DNA from: a virus
Taxonomy: Duplodnaviria; Caudoviricetes
Virus record (IMG/VR): IMGVR_UViG_3300022594_000001
DNA: 64,000 nt
Reading direction: 5' to 3' (one strand)
This document shows positions 47,601 through 58,500 of the stretch, piece after piece (the first letter of the stretch is position 1; every line of letters begins with the position of its first letter). The position numbers and the translations under genes are program-made. The notes under the pieces are model-generated. The model had not been told where the DNA came from and searched no databases. It was given only the letters and a program-made list of their open reading frames with translations.

Positions 47601-48906
47601 TATTCAAATTGGCGATCAAACATCTGACACAATTAACTTTGTTGGTAGCATTGATAGCAATTTAATTCCGTCACAAACTGCATATTACAACTTAGGATCT
47701 AGCTCTTATAGATGGAATACTCTGTACCTAAGCAGAGCTGAGATTGATAATTTAGTTATTGATAGTAATACAATCCAAACAACTAATGCAAATGATGATT
47801 TGCAATTAATTGCTGCTGGATCTGGAAGAATTTATATTCCAAGTAACAATGTTGCTATTGATCAAAACTTAACTGTTACTACAGATTTAACTGTAACAAC
47901 TGGAACAACTTACTTAAAAAATGTAGGTGTAACCGGTACAATAACACAGACTGGAAATATTAACCAAACTGGTAATTTTGTTACAAGCGGTAACACACAA
48001 GTCACTGGAAATATAACTGGAACAGGTTATTTACAATTACCACAAATTACAATTTCTGGTAATACAATTCAAACAACTACTACTAATGCTGATTTAAATT
48101 TAGTAGCTAATGGATTAGGCAATGTTGTTGCTGAAGGAATAAAGTTTAACGACAACAATATTCAAAGCGTTGCATCTAATTCAAACATTACATTAGTTCC
48201 ACAAGGTACAGGCGGCGTGATTGTTAACAGCAATCAAAGTATTCAAATACCTGTCGGCGGAACAAGTGATCGTCCTTTATCACCAAGTAACGGTATGATC
48301 CGTTATAACACTGACTTAACACGTTATGAAGGTTACAATAACGGTTATTGGGTTAAGCTAGGTGGTTTACAAGATATCGATGGTAATACTAGAATTGTTG
48401 CAGAAGCATATCCTGGCGCTAACGATAATACAATTTATTTCTATGCAGATGGAAACCTAACAGCAACTATTGACAGTACTAAATTATTTGCTCAACGTTT
48501 CCAAACTGTTAATTTAGACATTACTAGTAATACAATTACTCCTATTACAGCAGGCAGTGATTTAAATTTAACCACTACCGGAATAGGCGGTATACGTCTT
48601 GGTAATTTAAAGATTTATAACAACACTATTACTAACATATCATCTGGTGCTATTACAGAATTTTTAGAAACAGGTAGCGGTTATGTAAAAATTGCTGGTA
48701 CTAACGGTGTTGTTATCCCGTCGGGGGATACACAAACACAACGTCCATTAATACCAGAGACTGGTATGATGAGATTTAATACCGACTTAGAATTAGTCGA
48801 AGTATATAACGGAACAACTTGGACAAGCGTTGCTGGAGCATCCGGTGGCGTTACAACAGTAGAAGCAACAGACATTGGTATTTCTGCTGCATTAATATTT
48901 GGATAA
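44629..48906 (+). CDS. Fibre/spike-like protein (1425 aa): beta-helix with an inserted LamG/concanavalin-like domain
   Basis: IYVATNGSDTNAG...GVYLEAFPLTIPVGVTVRG...SPYIRNIT; LamG motifs FTLEAWIY, WTHIAL, KMFING, GYIDDVRISKG at about 46500-46950; RBS GGAG. Confidence 0.75.
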   Translation: MAVGRITGPLLKANLVRQGVDLAFETDLLYIDVINGRIGIKTSSPSTDLQINGTTRTTNLEVTTEADIASFTISGNTIASSNSVINLEPSGTNPVVYQAKLLVNNNLQITTNQISTTTTNSDLNITTTGSGQVNVNSNMLVNGDLHATGNITADGNITIGNSNTDNVTFNADIASNIIPDTTLSYNLGSPSKNWKTAYVQTVEADAINSNSILVNGIDLALPPGNTIYVATNGSDTNAGLHENDPVLTLKHALSIATSGDTIYIYPGVYLEAFPLTIPVGVTVRGAGIRAVTIKPTTGTRYNDAFILNGETTVEDLAITDFFSGGNYFTVTSSTTNSVTFNAGTAPFAHTWVSGGTIKFGGNTYNVTGATYAYTTGVTTLTYTGPAASGSVFVSNLTFNCGSGTTRVFPDNGYAFRFATNMVVTTRSPYIRNITVITRGSVTSPSDPYGFDAGDAGKGAYADGAYAASSSKEASMLFHAVTFITPNVNCITATNGVRIEWLNSFSYFANKGFYAYTSTYGFALQGMTRLRIDTRVGTWAVGNTVTYYDTNGTTVLGTGTIASISGNYVNLTGRCLGFQTITDRAGKIVYTSGNAKLSTTQKKFGPTSLALNGTTDYLTVASTPDFEFGTGAFTLEAWIYNTAQGSANQIIFDFRTTNPEVTPTLYINATTNTLRLAVNGNSVIESASTIPLNTWTHIALAKSGTSTKMFINGTQAGSTYTDNNTYLQGPLTLGARFDATSLFFGYIDDVRISKGVAKYTSNFTAPTSQLSGDLNTVLLLNMNGNNASTTILDNGITFQDLRTSAGGTAQLINFADYSDFGAEIRAIGSACIYGNYGIVGDGVGVIGYFISQNVAYVGSGKLSTNDPNDRIDANEFVELNGAHIYHTSVDNEGNFSVGANFNVNQKTGEVVFNNQSLSITSLTGVTFTDGTHTTTITSTDITTGNIRIHDNNVDSLTGDINVTSASGAINLQNNTYITGTLNVTGDVNIGGNIQIGDQTSDTINFVGSIDSNLIPSQTAYYNLGSSSYRWNTLYLSRAEIDNLVIDSNTIQTTNANDDLQLIAAGSGRIYIPSNNVAIDQNLTVTTDLTVTTGTTYLKNVGVTGTITQTGNINQTGNFVTSGNTQVTGNITGTGYLQLPQITISGNTIQTTTTNADLNLVANGLGNVVAEGIKFNDNNIQSVASNSNITLVPQGTGGVIVNSNQSIQIPVGGTSDRPLSPSNGMIRYNTDLTRYEGYNNGYWVKLGGLQDIDGNTRIVAEAYPGANDNTIYFYADGNLTATIDSTKLFAQRFQTVNLDITSNTITPITAGSDLNLTTTGIGGIRLGNLKIYNNTITNISSGAITEFLETGSGYVKIAGTNGVVIPSGDTQTQRPLIPETGMMRFNTDLELVEVYNGTTWTSVAGASGGVTTVEATDIGISAALIFG

Positions 48907-48912
48907 AAGATT

Positions 48913-49242
48913 ATGGCATCATTTTTTAGAACTAAAGTAGTCAATGGGATTGGTACAACACCAGTTGATGTTCTTGCAACATCAGTGGGTAATAGATTTA
49001 CACTCATTGGATGCAATCTTGCAAACACAACAGACGAAGATGTAATCGTTGATGTAACGGTTACAGATGCATATAACGTTACTGGATACTATATTAAGCA
49101 GCTAGTAATTTCACCGTATACTAGTGCCAAGGTTGTTACTAATGGTGAAAAAATTATTTTAGCAGAAAATACAACAATGACTATCGTAAGCGATACCGCT
49201 AGTAGCGTTGATTTAATTGCTAGCTATGCAGAGATTGTTTAA
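48913..49242 (+). CDS. Small beta-sandwich structural protein; paralog of 40193-40540
   Basis: 109 aa, directly after a gene ending LIFG. Confidence 0.65.
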   Translation: MASFFRTKVVNGIGTTPVDVLATSVGNRFTLIGCNLANTTDEDVIVDVTVTDAYNVTGYYIKQLVISPYTSAKVVTNGEKIILAENTTMTIVSDTASSVDLIASYAEIV

Positions 49243-49255
49243 TAGGAGATAAAAA

Positions 49256-49615
49256 ATGTCAAGCACATATCAATTTGGTCGTTCACAGGAAGAATTAATA
49301 GGAGATACACCTAGATATTTTTATGCTCTACGTAGAACAGACGATGGCGAATTATATTTTGCTAGAGTGGATCAACTTAGCAGAACAGACGGAATTCAAA
49401 TTAATGCAGAAGGTACAAGCGATGGTAATTTTCCAGATTTTGAACCAGGTGCAGACTTCTTTGAAGGCAGAGATGTAGAACACGATTTAGTGTTTGAGAA
49501 TTTAAATTATGAACAAATGCGTTGGGATCAAAGAAATTTATACTATTACATCGACGATGCAGGAAATTTAGTAGTCAGAACTGATATAAAATATACATAT
49601 CCAACCGGCATATAA
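49256..49615 (+). CDS. Conserved hypothetical acidic protein (119 aa)
   Basis: RBS AGGAG; ends LYYYIDDAGNLVVR..Y.YP. Confidence 0.7.
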   Translation: MSSTYQFGRSQEELIGDTPRYFYALRRTDDGELYFARVDQLSRTDGIQINAEGTSDGNFPDFEPGADFFEGRDVEHDLVFENLNYEQMRWDQRNLYYYIDDAGNLVVRTDIKYTYPTGI

Positions 49616-49618
49616 ATA
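49611..49618 (+). promoter_or_regulatory. Late promoter (TATAAATA, exact T4 consensus)
   Basis: About 30 nt upstream of ATG 49648. Confidence 0.72.
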
Positions 49619-49647
49619 ATTAAAATTCATAATAACTGAGGTAAGAA

Positions 49648-52600
49648 ATGGCAGAATTTAAAATACCACGAATTAGATTCACTTGGAAAGGTGACTGGGC
49701 GACTAGCACTGCATATACAAAAGACGATATTGTTCGTTATCACGGTAAGTCGTACGTCTGTTTGGTTGGACACACTGCTTCTGCGGACTTCAATACTGAT
49801 TTAGATTTTATTGATGTAACAACACAACCAGACACTCCTGCTCCAAAATGGGTATTGTGGTTTGATGGATATGAGTGGCGCAATCAATGGACGCCTAACA
49901 CTCTTTACAACATGGGTGATTATATCCAGTATGACAGTATCATTTATATTTGTACTAACAGTCACACATCTTCTGCTACGCTACTTACAGGAATTGAACC
50001 AGACTTAGTCAATTGGACTGTCTATGCCAGAACTGAAAACTGGACAAAAAATTGGACCGTTGGTACAAGATATAGATTAAATGATGTTGTTCGATATGGC
50101 GGCACATTATACCGTTGTAACACTGGACACGTGAGTGCCGCAACAGTTACTTTAGGACTAGAAGCTAATACTAGCTTTTGGGATGTTTTGCTGTATGCAT
50201 ACGACTGGAGCACTGATTGGACTGTATCAACCCGTTATAAATTAGGTGACGTTGTGCGTTACGGCGGAATTATTTACAAGTGTACACAAGGACATACTAG
50301 TGCAGCAACTGCTACTATTGGTATCGATCCAGACATTAGTAAATGGACGATTGTACATAACGGCATTGATTATAAATTTGCTTGGACTTCTAGTTTCCGT
50401 TACAAATTAAACGACATTGTAAAATACGGGGCAGATTTATATATTTGCTCAACCGCCCATACATCTTCAACTACATTTAGCACAACTAATTTTACTATTT
50501 GGCTTCCAGCTTTAGAATTTGCAAATTCTTGGAGCAGTGTAGTTTCTTATGTTAAGGGAGATATTGTAACTTATGGCGGTTACCAATACACTAGTAACAG
50601 TACTAATAATTTAAACAACGTACCATCAACAGATACTACTAACTGGACATTGTTAGTTAAAAATTATAACATTAGAAACGAATGGGATGTAACGGCTAAT
50701 TACAGAACTGGTGACTTAGTCCGTCGAGATGGATATCTTTACGTAGCTATTCTTGATAGTCAAGCACAAGAAACTACTAACATTACATACTGGACATTAG
50801 TAAATCCAGGTATGCAATGGAGAGGTCCGTGGAACAAATCAAATACATATGTTATCGGTGATGTTGTAACATTTTATTCTACTTCTTATATTTGTACAAG
50901 TAAAGTTAATTCAGTATCATCGCCTGACAACGATCCGGCACACTGGACAATTTATATCCGTGGTGATCAATTTGAAACATTGCAATATCAGGGTGATATT
51001 CAAACATACGATAATAAGCAATGGGCTGCTGTATCAATAGGGTCAGAAGGTAATTTACTTAAAGTTTCATCTAACGGTCAATCAATGTTACCAGTACCTG
51101 CATGGAATGATTGGGGTGTTATTGGTAACGTTTATTACGTAGCACCTACAGGAACTGATACTGTAACATACGGAAAAACTGTTACTACCCCGTGGAGAAC
51201 CGTTAAGTACGCATGTACTCAGGTATCTGGACCAGCAACTATCTTTATTAAAACTGGAACATATAGTGAATCACTGCCAATTAGTATTCCGGCCGGTGTT
51301 GCTCTAGTAGGCGATGAATTGAGAGGTGCAGTAATTCAGCCAGCTCGAGTAATTAACGCCGTTGCTACATCGTCTAGTTCTACTACTAACACAATCATTG
51401 TTAATACTACGATAGGCATGCAGGCGAACGATGCAATTCAAATTGTTGTTCCAACAATTACAGCAACTGTATTATCAACCTCATCAATTGGCAATAAAGT
51501 ATTTTTATCTAATACAATTGGAATGTATTCTGGAATGCCAATTATTTTCTCAGGAAACTCAGTTGGTAACTTAACTGCGAACACAACATATTACATTGTA
51601 GCTTACGATTCTGTAACTGCTTACATTACTATTAGTTTAACCGTAGGCGGATCTGTTGTAACTCAGCAAACTGCACAAGGTTCTATGGGTGTAACTGCTG
51701 GCGCATTTGCCGGACTTACTTCTGGGCAAACATATTACATTATCGGTTCATCAATTACCCCAACTAGTTTCCAAATATCGTTAACATCAGGCGGAACAAC
51801 CCCTGCACCATTAGCAGATTCTTCAAATCAAACAGCGGCGGTATACGGCGCAGACGGTATTAAAGATATGTTCTATGTTCGTAACGGTTGCGGTATTAGA
51901 AACATGACACTTCGTGGGCTAACTGGTGGTTTAAGTGCTGCTAACGTATATGGAACTAAGCGTCCAACAGCAGGATCATATGTAAGTTTAGATCCGGGAT
52001 CAGGACCTGGGGATTCGTCTGTTTGGATTACAACTAAGTCACCGTACGTACAAAACGTTACAACTTTTGGACAAGGATGCACTGGTTTAAAAATTGACGG
52101 TTCACTTCATAACAACGGAAATAGATCTATTGTTGCTAACGACTTTACACAAATTTTAAGTGATGGTATTGGAGCATGGTGTACTGGACATAATGCATTA
52201 ACTGAATTAGTTTCGGTGTTCTCATACTACGGACACTGTGGATATCTTGCAGAAGCTGGCGGGAAAATTCGTGCTACTAACGGTAACACTTCATACGGTA
52301 GTTACGGATGTGTTGCAGAGGGATTTGATAGTACTGAAGTTCCACTAAATGGAACAGTTAATAATAGAAATCAACAAGCACAAATTGCTGCGGCATTTAT
52401 TGGTGAAGCTACTAATAAGATTTTAAAATTAGAATTTAGCAATGCCGGACAAGGATACACTGGTGCAACATACACATTTTCTGGTGCTGGACAAAGTGCA
52501 AACGCTGTTCAGGACGAATTCAGAGATGGCGGCATTTTTGAAGGGCGCATTACTGGTACTGATTATAGTGCTGGAGGTTTAGGATATATTACCGCAGGTA

Positions 52601-55518
52601 ACCAAGCACAGGCAGGTAATACACAAACTATTACAATTGCATCAAACGATCAAAATACGTTTGCTAACTACAACGGTATGCGAGTTATTGTTACATCAGG
52701 TACTGGTGTTGGACAATATGGTTATGTAGCATATTACGACGCTGTTGGTAAAGTAGTGACTGTTGGTAGAGAAAGTATTACTGCATTACCATCTACTGCT
52801 ACTAACGGTACTAATAACACAATTCAAGTTAGTGACACATCACAATTCCAACCCGGACAGCCAATTGTTATTGTTCCAAACCAACAAACAACTACAGCTT
52901 ACAATACTGTGCATACTGTTGCTACAATGACTAGCGCATATATTTCTGGATTTACTCTTACTGTTGTAACAATGGGTGCTGGATCTATTGCAGTTGGTAT
53001 GGTATTAACTGGTGTCGGTGTAACTGCCGGAACATACATTACTGCAAATAACAGTGGCTCTGGATCAGGAAGTACTTGGACTGTTAGCTCTCAACAGACT
53101 GTAGGAAGCTCTGTTTCCCCTGTAACAATTACTGGTACTAACAATCTAGTAACATTAACTTCTAGTACAGGCATGTCAATTGGTGAACAAATTGTATTCA
53201 GCGGTACAACATTTGGCAACATTGTAAACGGTACAACATATTACATTAGTAATATTATCGGAAATCAAATTGCTGTTAGTGCAACATATCAAGGAAGCGT
53301 GTTTGCCGTTTCAAACGCAACTGGCTCTATGGGTGTAGTTGCTGGTGGTATGTTAGGCGGATTAAGCGCAGGAATTATATATTATGTTATTGCTAACAAC
53401 TACACTTCTAATTCTTTCTCTGTAAGTACATCATTAGGTGGCAGTGCTGCAACAATAACTACACAAACTTACGGTTCTAGCATGACAATTAATGCTATTG
53501 GTTGGGAACATGTTAATTCTGGAACACCAATAGTTTCGTTGCTAGATTCAACAAGCGTTTACTCAATTGAACCAGCTGTTAGATTTACATCACCAAATTA
53601 CACTGCTGTTAATGCGGTATTACCATCATCAGCAAATTGGGTCGGTATAGCATACGGCAAAGGCAAGTATGTTGCAATTAATTTAGCAGGTGGTGCAGCA
53701 ATATCAACTAATGGACAGAGTTGGACCGCAGGCGGATCATTGGGTGGCGCAAACTGGTCTAGTATTGCATATGGCAACAACTTATTTGTAGCAGTTAATT
53801 CTGGGTCTGGCATAGTTAGTACCTCTGCAGATGGGTTAACATGGACTTCGGGTACAACTGGAGGCGCTGGGTATACATCGGTCGCATGGGGTAACGGCAG
53901 ATTTATTGCTGTTGGCACAGGTACAGATGTAGCATATTCAAACGAAGGAACGAATTGGAGTCATTCAACAGTACCTAGTGGTTCATGGACTGATGCCGTT
54001 TATAGTAGCCTTGGAGTATGGGTAATTGTAGGTAGCAATAACAGTAGTACATCATTATATTCAACTGACTCGGGTGCTACATGGCAATCAAGTACGCTTC
54101 CGGCAACAGCAAACTGGTCTTCGGTGATTTGGGGTAATAGCAGATTTGTAGCAATTGCGTATGCTAGTGCAAATACAGCATATTCATTTGATGGCATTAA
54201 CTGGATTTCAAGCACATTGCCATCGACTGCAAACTGGTCATCTATCGAATACGGGCAAGGAATGTTCTTTGCAGTTGCATCGGGTACAAATACAGCAGCT
54301 TCATCTCAAGATGGATTATATTGGAAACCTAGAACGCTACCAACATCTACTACTTGGGGAAGCATTGCATTTGGTAATCCTAGTTCAAATCCTGGGTTTG
54401 TAGCAATTCCTAATATTAGTAATAATTTAGGTGCGTACATTATTGCCGGAGCAACAGCAAAAGGTAGAGCTTCAGTTGCAAGTAACAAAGTTACTTTAAT
54501 TAAAATATGGGAACCTGGAAGCGGGTATTCAACTTCAAGTTTACCTTCAGTGACAATAACTGATCCAAACCCAACATCTGCTGCCACTATTACTTGTCGT
54601 GTGGGTAATGGAGTATTAGGTAACCCAACATTCTTAAATCGTGGTACTGGTTATAGAACATCAACTACAAGCGTTGCAGTTACTACAGGCGACGGTTATG
54701 GTGACATTTACCAAAGCTCTAAATACTTAACAGTATCGGGCCTATCATCTTTACCAACACCGGGTGCTGCGTTAAACATTGCTAGCAATCCAAACCAGTA
54801 TAGAATTGTTGTTATTAATGATTTAGGTAATGGTACTGCACAATTTCAGGTAAGTCCACCATTAAGTATTGCACTAGCACCTGAGCACAGCACTATTGTT
54901 AGCATTCGACAAAAGTACAGCCAGTGTCGTATTACTGGACACGATTTCTTATTAATCGGAACAGGAAATCAAACAATTAGTAACTATCCTAACGTAGATG
55001 TTAACACAGCATTGTCATATCAGCAAATTGCTGAAAATAATGGCGGACGTGTTTTCCAAACAAGTACTGACCAAGATGGTAACTTTAAAGTTGGTAACTT
55101 ATTCGGGGTTCAACAAGCATCGGGTATTGTTACAATTAGTGCGGATCAATTAAGTTTAACTGGTTTACAAACCTTGTCACTTGGTGGATTTAGTTTAGGT
55201 ACAAATACTATCACTATTACTCAATTTAGTACAGACTCGTACTTTACAGCAAACAGCGACAGCGTAGTTCCAACACAGAAAGCGATTAAATCTTATATTG
55301 CTAGAAATATTGCAGGTGGTGGTGCAAACGCACAAGCTGGTGCAGTTGTTGCAGGTACATTTGGTGTAGGTGGACCAAATAAGATTTACTCATCTACACA
55401 AACACAGTTGTTTGTTAAGAACTCAATGAATATTAAGTATTCAGGCGGAAAAGGCGGTATCAACGGCACTATGCTTGCTAAGAGCTTCTTTGGACACGGA
55501 TTTAGCCCTAAAGGCTAA
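49648..55518 (+). CDS. Giant fibre-like virion protein (1956 aa): CBM5/12-like repeats, beta-helix, propeller repeats
   Basis: About 8 repeats of W...T.Y...D.V.Y.G..Y.C...H; YYVAPTGTD...KTGTYSESLPI...GDELRG...SPYVQNVT; repeats of W..I.YG...FVAV. Confidence 0.75.
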   Translation: MAEFKIPRIRFTWKGDWATSTAYTKDDIVRYHGKSYVCLVGHTASADFNTDLDFIDVTTQPDTPAPKWVLWFDGYEWRNQWTPNTLYNMGDYIQYDSIIYICTNSHTSSATLLTGIEPDLVNWTVYARTENWTKNWTVGTRYRLNDVVRYGGTLYRCNTGHVSAATVTLGLEANTSFWDVLLYAYDWSTDWTVSTRYKLGDVVRYGGIIYKCTQGHTSAATATIGIDPDISKWTIVHNGIDYKFAWTSSFRYKLNDIVKYGADLYICSTAHTSSTTFSTTNFTIWLPALEFANSWSSVVSYVKGDIVTYGGYQYTSNSTNNLNNVPSTDTTNWTLLVKNYNIRNEWDVTANYRTGDLVRRDGYLYVAILDSQAQETTNITYWTLVNPGMQWRGPWNKSNTYVIGDVVTFYSTSYICTSKVNSVSSPDNDPAHWTIYIRGDQFETLQYQGDIQTYDNKQWAAVSIGSEGNLLKVSSNGQSMLPVPAWNDWGVIGNVYYVAPTGTDTVTYGKTVTTPWRTVKYACTQVSGPATIFIKTGTYSESLPISIPAGVALVGDELRGAVIQPARVINAVATSSSSTTNTIIVNTTIGMQANDAIQIVVPTITATVLSTSSIGNKVFLSNTIGMYSGMPIIFSGNSVGNLTANTTYYIVAYDSVTAYITISLTVGGSVVTQQTAQGSMGVTAGAFAGLTSGQTYYIIGSSITPTSFQISLTSGGTTPAPLADSSNQTAAVYGADGIKDMFYVRNGCGIRNMTLRGLTGGLSAANVYGTKRPTAGSYVSLDPGSGPGDSSVWITTKSPYVQNVTTFGQGCTGLKIDGSLHNNGNRSIVANDFTQILSDGIGAWCTGHNALTELVSVFSYYGHCGYLAEAGGKIRATNGNTSYGSYGCVAEGFDSTEVPLNGTVNNRNQQAQIAAAFIGEATNKILKLEFSNAGQGYTGATYTFSGAGQSANAVQDEFRDGGIFEGRITGTDYSAGGLGYITAGNQAQAGNTQTITIASNDQNTFANYNGMRVIVTSGTGVGQYGYVAYYDAVGKVVTVGRESITALPSTATNGTNNTIQVSDTSQFQPGQPIVIVPNQQTTTAYNTVHTVATMTSAYISGFTLTVVTMGAGSIAVGMVLTGVGVTAGTYITANNSGSGSGSTWTVSSQQTVGSSVSPVTITGTNNLVTLTSSTGMSIGEQIVFSGTTFGNIVNGTTYYISNIIGNQIAVSATYQGSVFAVSNATGSMGVVAGGMLGGLSAGIIYYVIANNYTSNSFSVSTSLGGSAATITTQTYGSSMTINAIGWEHVNSGTPIVSLLDSTSVYSIEPAVRFTSPNYTAVNAVLPSSANWVGIAYGKGKYVAINLAGGAAISTNGQSWTAGGSLGGANWSSIAYGNNLFVAVNSGSGIVSTSADGLTWTSGTTGGAGYTSVAWGNGRFIAVGTGTDVAYSNEGTNWSHSTVPSGSWTDAVYSSLGVWVIVGSNNSSTSLYSTDSGATWQSSTLPATANWSSVIWGNSRFVAIAYASANTAYSFDGINWISSTLPSTANWSSIEYGQGMFFAVASGTNTAASSQDGLYWKPRTLPTSTTWGSIAFGNPSSNPGFVAIPNISNNLGAYIIAGATAKGRASVASNKVTLIKIWEPGSGYSTSSLPSVTITDPNPTSAATITCRVGNGVLGNPTFLNRGTGYRTSTTSVAVTTGDGYGDIYQSSKYLTVSGLSSLPTPGAALNIASNPNQYRIVVINDLGNGTAQFQVSPPLSIALAPEHSTIVSIRQKYSQCRITGHDFLLIGTGNQTISNYPNVDVNTALSYQQIAENNGGRVFQTSTDQDGNFKVGNLFGVQQASGIVTISADQLSLTGLQTLSLGGFSLGTNTITITQFSTDSYFTANSDSVVPTQKAIKSYIARNIAGGGANAQAGAVVAGTFGVGGPNKIYSSTQTQLFVKNSMNIKYSGGKGGINGTMLAKSFFGHGFSPKG

Positions 55519-55544
55519 AAGTAAAAATGCATTTTTTCGAAATG

Positions 55545-55552
55545 AATAAATA
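55545..55552 (+). promoter_or_regulatory. Late promoter (AATAAATA)
   Basis: About 26 nt upstream of ATG 55579; RBS GGAG at 55569-55572. Confidence 0.65.
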
Positions 55553-55578
55553 CAATATAATGAATATCGGAGCATTGA

Positions 55579-58500
55579 ATGGCTGAATTTAAACTAGGTA
55601 GAATCCGCTTTATTTGGAAAAATAACTGGTCTACAGGCGTAACATACTTAAAAGACGACATCGTAAGATACGGTGGAAAAACATACCTTTGTGTTGTTGG
55701 ACACACCGCAGATGCTGACTTTTATAATGACTTGGACAATGTTCCAACACGTTGGAATCAAGTATCCGACGGGTCCGAATGGAAAGACAATTGGACTACA
55801 AACCACTACTACAAAGTTAACGACTTAGTAAAGTATGGCGGAAGATTATACTTATGTAATACTGGACACACTAGTAATGCATCAGCTGATTCGAGTACAA
55901 GCCCTGATATAACTGCTGGATTAGAAGCAGATCAATCTAAGTGGGATTTATATGCCACTAGCTTTGATTGGAAAGGTAATTGGACTACTGGTACACGCTA
56001 CAAAGTAGACGATGTGGTTCGCTACGGCGGCATTTCATATGTATGTAACACCGGACACCACTCCGCATCAACTGCTAATACTGACAGTGATGGTTTAGAA
56101 GCAGACTTATCTAAATGGGATACATACGCTAAAGGATTTGATTGGATTGGAAACTGGAGTCCAAATTATCGTTACAAACAAAATGACGTTGTTCTATACG
56201 GTGGTACAACATATGTATGTAATACTGGACACCAATCAGCAGCTACAAATGCCCTTGGATTAGAAGCCGATCAAGGATTATGGGATTACTTCCATAAAGG
56301 TATTGTATTTTTAGGTAACTGGACTACTGGTACACGCTACAAAGTAAACGACATTGTAAAGCAAGGTTCGGACCTATGGATTTGCGTTACAAATCATACA
56401 AGCTCAGTATTCTTAACAGATCAGGCTAACTGGTCACTATTTGTTAACGGATTGGAATTTGAGAACAGTTGGAGTAACTCAACAACATATCAACCAGGCG
56501 ACATTGTTAGTTACGGTGGTTATGCATATGTTGCGGTAACAAATAACTTAAACAAAACTCCTACATCTAATCTAAGCGATTGGAATTTATTTACAACTGG
56601 TTTTAGCTTCCAAGGCGATTGGGCGTTATCTACTAGCTATCTAGTAGGACACGTAGTTCGACTAAACGGTTACACATATGTTTCATTATTAGATCATACT
56701 GCTGACTCAGTTAATTTACCCCCAAATCAAACATACTGGTCTCGTTTAAACAGTGGCGTTAAATGGGCTGCAACTGCTCAAACATTTACTAACGTAAGTG
56801 GTACTAATGTTATCGGTTCTGGTACTGGCGCTACATTTGACGTTACCTTAACAAATACAAAATACTCAGCAGTAGTACACACTGGATCAGCAGGATCTGG
56901 TTATGCTACTAATGACACTATTAAAATTTTAGGATCTTCATTAGGCGGTGTAACACCTGCTAACGATTTAATATTAACTGTAACAGCAAGTGGCGGTGCA
57001 GTTCAAACCGTTGTGTCAACAGGCTTTTCAGTAACATGGGCATCTGGTACTAGTTATGTTTTAGGCGACTCTGTTGCAATGGGTGTAAACAGCTATATTT
57101 GTATCCTTGCACACGTTGGTAGTTCAGGAAATCGTCCAGATAATGATACAACAGGTACATACTGGAACTTAATTTCAACCGGATCTATTTCAGCAATCTT
57201 AACCACACAGGGTGATACAATTTATTACGGTGGTGCTGGTCCAACACGTTTACCAATCGGTACAGACGGGCAAGTATTACGTGTAACAAATAACACACCA
57301 GCATGGTCTTATTTTGGTGTTGTTAACAACGTTGTATATGTTGCTAACTCTGGTACAGACATATCTGGTAATGGTCAAGGTTTGACTATTGATAAACCTT
57401 GGAAAACTGTACGTTATGCAGCAAAACAAATTGAAGACGGATATTTGAATCCTAATGCTGCTTCATTATTAGCTAAGAACAAACAGTTTATTGTTAAGGA
57501 ACTTAATAATTATGTACAAAATACATTTAAGTGTACAGTAAGTTCTGCATCTACTACATTATTCACATGTGATTCTACAGCAGGATTATATGTAGGTATG
57601 CCGATTAGTTTTACTGGTACAGTAGGCGGTGTAGCATCTGGTACAACTTACTATGTATTTGATATCCCGGGCGGAACTACTTTTGGTATTTCAAACACAT
57701 ACGGCGGTGGACGCAGAGGGCTTTCAACAGCTACTGGTTCTATGACAGGTAGCTATGTGTATGATCAAACAAGAACAGAACGTGATTCTGGTATTATTTT
57801 AGACGCATTGGTGTATGATATTAGTCATAGTGGCACATATCAAACAACACAAGCAGCATTAGCTTACTTTACTTCATCTGGTAGCTCATATGTTTCTGGT
57901 GTGTATGCGTATGATATTGGAGCATTTGTTAATACATTAAATTACATGAAAGTATTAACAGCTAACATTATTAATAACCAGCCTCCTGCAACTAACTACC
58001 AATCATCTAACGGTGTGTTACTTGCTAACCAAGCAATTCAAAATATTGATTATTCATTAACTACTGAATCAGGAGTTGCAACAACAATTTCTGCACTAGT
58101 TTCAATTATAACAACTGGATTATCGGCTGGTACAACTAGTGCTATTCCAGCAGTTATTAACCCAGGCACAACAATTTCAGTTAAGACAGGTACTTATAGT
58201 GAAATCCTCCCAATTGTTGTACCACGTAACACAGCCGTTGTTGGTGACGAATTGCGTTCAAGCGTTATTCAACCAGCTACTGCTAATATAAATTTAACTA
58301 ACGATAAACCAAAAACAATTAGTGTATTGACTAGAATGAAATCTATCATTCCTACATTGTTAACAAATGGAACTGTTACACCAACAAGTGGTAACACAAC
58401 TGCGCAAGCATATGTAAATGGTTTTTCAGGAAGCACAACAGCAGTATCTCGTATTAGTGCTAACAGTACAGTAATTGATACTATTCTTTCCGGTGGATTG

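Noticed and set aside
395-55518. Alternative genetic code
   Set aside because: ORFs up to 13.6 kb are intact under code 11 and genes abut tightly.
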